Positions 61,401-64,000 of a stretch of DNA of 64,000 nt are shown here, in pieces. The translations under genes were made by a program, and so were the position numbers. This stretch comes from Hypanus sabinus (taxonomy: Eukaryota). The notes under the pieces were generated by a model. The model saw nothing but the letters and a program-made list of their open reading frames with translations, had not been told where the DNA came from and did not search any database. The stretch's first letter is position 1. Every line of letters starts with the position of its first letter. The stretch covers positions 29,760,001 through 29,824,000 of the forward strand of contig NC_082732.1 in the NCBI RefSeq assembly GCF_030144855.1, in the 5' to 3' direction.

Positions 61401-62149
61401 GCTGGCACCAGAAAGATAGCAAAGAATAGTAGACACCTGCTTTAAATATATAGGGTGGATTGAAAGTAGAACGTTTCAAACAGCTTGTTCAAAAAAGGAA
61501 GGAATGCTGCAGTTGTTTAATTATTCTGAAGTGAAGACAATTTAGGAATAAATGCAAGCACCACAAATAATGTTCATACTAAGATCCCACAAAAAAAGAT
61601 TGAGGCCAATGTGCTTTTTTAATTGTTGACTGAAATAGGATGTTGGGTTGAAGAATTTCCTTTTCCTTTAAGCACTGCTCTGAGATAATTTTAGAGCTAA
61701 CGGCAATGACTACAGAAGTATTTTACCAATTGTTAAGTGCTTTGGAAGGTCATATAAGGTTTTATGAAAATGCAAGTCTTTCTTGCACTGTATCTAACTG
61801 GACAGAAAGACAGGTTTAGATCATGAAAAATGGTTAAAAATACATTTTAAATTTCTTCTCGTTCTGAGAGTTAGAAGCACGAATCATGCTGATTATTGTT
61901 TAATGTCCCTATTCCACTGAAACTAGGATTAGCTCATGCAGTACAGTAAAGCTGATGTTAAAGCTTCTGAATTTATGAGCTATATGGTGGAGAAGTGTTC
62001 AGAATTGAAACTTTTGAGATTGTGCATGAAGATCATAACCTTACAGATCCTGAACTTCTTTTTGTGGTGTAAAAGTTGTCTGTGTACTTTTTTAACCAGC
62101 TTTCATGAGGACTTCATAAAGCAAGATTTTGATTCGGAAAGGATAAGGT

Positions 62150-63670
62150 CTGAGTTGAGGGACAAACCTGTAAAATAAGCACCACATTCATGAGATGGGC
62201 TTTGCCATCAAGAATGAACCCGGCCGCCATTTCAGCAACTCACTTTGCAGAATTATTGAGAGTCTCAGGACCTTTGGGCTCAATCCCATCAAAGGATCAA
62301 CCCTTGAAACTTCAAATGAATTGGGGATTAATGTTTCCACTTTCAAAAAGAAAAACAGCTGATCTGCATCCCAAAGGGAAACAGATCAATCCTCCTGAGT
62401 GACTTCAGTGGCAGCATGGAAAAAGATGTACCCCATTGGCAAGGTATGTTAAGCAAGGAATAGGGAAGACTAATTCCGGTAGGGTGCTTGGAGCGCAGCT
62501 TTGTCATAATTAACTTCATGTTTCATCAGAGGGACAAGCAGAATATCTGGTACAACTAGAACCTGTGGAATTAAATCATTGCCTAAGTGTGTGAATCAGC
62601 AAAGATAATTGGATCTGCACACCATAGATACCAATGACTTTTGACTGACCATCATCTAATCTGAAGCAACACATACAAAATGCTGGAGGAATTGAGCAAG
62701 TCAGGCAGCATCTATGGAAATAAATAAGCTGTCGATGTTTTGGGCAGGGATCCTTCTTCAGAACTGAAAAGGAGAAAGTCACTAGTATAAAAAGGTTGGA
62801 GGAGAGGAAGGAGGCCAGCTAGAAGGTGATGTGTGAAGCCAGGTTGGAAAGATAGAGCTGGAAAAGAAAGGATCTGGTAGGAGAGGATGGTGGATCAAAG
62901 GAGGAAGGGACCCAGGGGTAGGTGCTAGGCAGGTGAGAGAGGTAGGCCAGAGTGGGGATAGAAGAAGAGGGGAGGGGAAAGGGATTTTTTTTTACCAGAA
63001 GGAGAAATCGTTATTCATGCCATCAGGTTGAAGGTTACCCAGATGGAATATAAGGTGTTGCTCCTCCACCATCTTTCCCCTTCCTTTTCAGTCCTGAAGA
63101 AAGGTCTTGGCTTGAAACACTGACTGTTTATTCATTTCTGTAGATGCTGAGCTGCTGAGTTCCTCCAGCATTTTGTGTGTGTTGCTCTGGAATTCCAGTA
63201 TCTGCAGAAGTTCTCATGTTTGTCATCTAATCTGCACTCTTTCTCCAAAACTTTGCCCCAAAATATTAGTGTCAATAGGAGTATTGCCACAAGAAGTTCA
63301 TTTTCAATGCTCTCAAGTTTCCTCCAGAACTGGCTCTTCTTGCACAGCTCCTCAACAATCCATCAACTCCCAGATCTCTGGACCCACTAAGTGACTAGAG
63401 CTTATGGACTGCCCTGTGCACCATAATTGACAACTGTGAAGAAATTCTTGGCTTCACTAACAGAAAGAACCAGGACTGGTTTGATGAGAATCAAGGACCT
63501 AATTCACAGGAAATGCAAGGCATTCTGGATAAGACACTTAACTTTTGTTTTGGGGGATCAAACAGGCACCTGAAGGTGGAGTCAGAGGAAAGACAGAAGA
63601 TGCAGCAATTCCCCCACAGCCATGAGATGTTCCAGTTCTTCAGCTATCATCTGTGGCCTAACACCTAAGT
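62150..63670 (+). mobile_element. Fragmented RTE-clade LINE
   Basis: catgagatgggctttgccatcaagaat reads HEMGFAIKN (RTE endonuclease GVGFAIK motif, ~62188-62215). 63435-63491 reads CEEILGFTNRKNQDWFDEN (RTE QDWFDEN motif). Interrupted by the PLE fragment. Confidence 0.65.
62660..63215. mobile_element. PLE fragment with inverted terminal repeats
   Basis: Left arm gcaacacatacaaaatgctggagga..., purine tract, right arm cagtcctgaagaaaggtcttggcttgaaac...ttcctccagcattttgtgtgtgttgc. Confidence 0.75.
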
Positions 63671-64000
63671 CAGGAATGGGCTAAAAGAGTCGGTGCCTCT
63701 AAATCCATTATATCAGTGACCTAAAAGATGTACGGTAAACTGAGTATAGTAAAACTGATGTGCAGTATAATATAATTTTGATTTTAAATTATATACCAGT
63801 AGTGATAACCTTTAGTGTCTGCCTTTTTGTTAATCTTTAATGCAAAATTTAGTGATGGGTATAGTCTGCTTGTTCCTCATAGCTTGTGCTTTAAATGAAA
63901 TAAGTGACCTTGCTATCCTTCAAGCCAATATTTCCCTACTTCACATTTATGTTGAACCTTCATTTGCCAATTCCTCATTCTGAAAGTGTTTTTGATGCTC

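Noticed and set aside
6295-63215. Recurring ~40-bp palindromic unit as a CRISPR-like array
   Set aside because: Copies are dispersed, in both orientations, with no regular spacers and no cas genes; eukaryotic PLE termini explain them.
59900-64000. DNAJC11 3' coding exons expected from synteny
   Set aside because: I could not find recognisable DNAJC11 peptide on the minus strand; it probably lies beyond the window.

Overview
Eukaryotic (vertebrate) genomic DNA, not prokaryotic; the repeat content suggests a cartilaginous fish, probably a ray or skate (inference). Three intact spliced genes can be assembled by hand with consistent intron phases. KLHL21 (minus strand) has 4 coding exons and ~605 aa; its first coding intron must be GC-AG. 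PHF13 (plus) has 4 coding exons and ~320 aa. THAP3 (plus) has 4 coding exons and ~222 aa. This is the same order and orientation as the human 1p36.31 block KLHL21-PHF13-THAP3(-DNAJC11). KLHL21 and PHF13 appear to diverge from a CpG-rich region at ~38-39.9 kb. The rest is mostly decayed transposons: CR1-, Rex1- and RTE-type LINEs, several SINE families, Tigger/pogo and Tc1-type DNA elements, and many Penelope-like element (PLE) remnants. The most striking non-gene signal is that the PLE terminal repeats carry a minimal hammerhead-ribozyme motif (about 9 copies; the copy at 6510-6547 has an intact core). There is also a perfect 93-bp inverted duplication in a KLHL21 intron. Most entries in the ORF track are spurious or are TE fragments.
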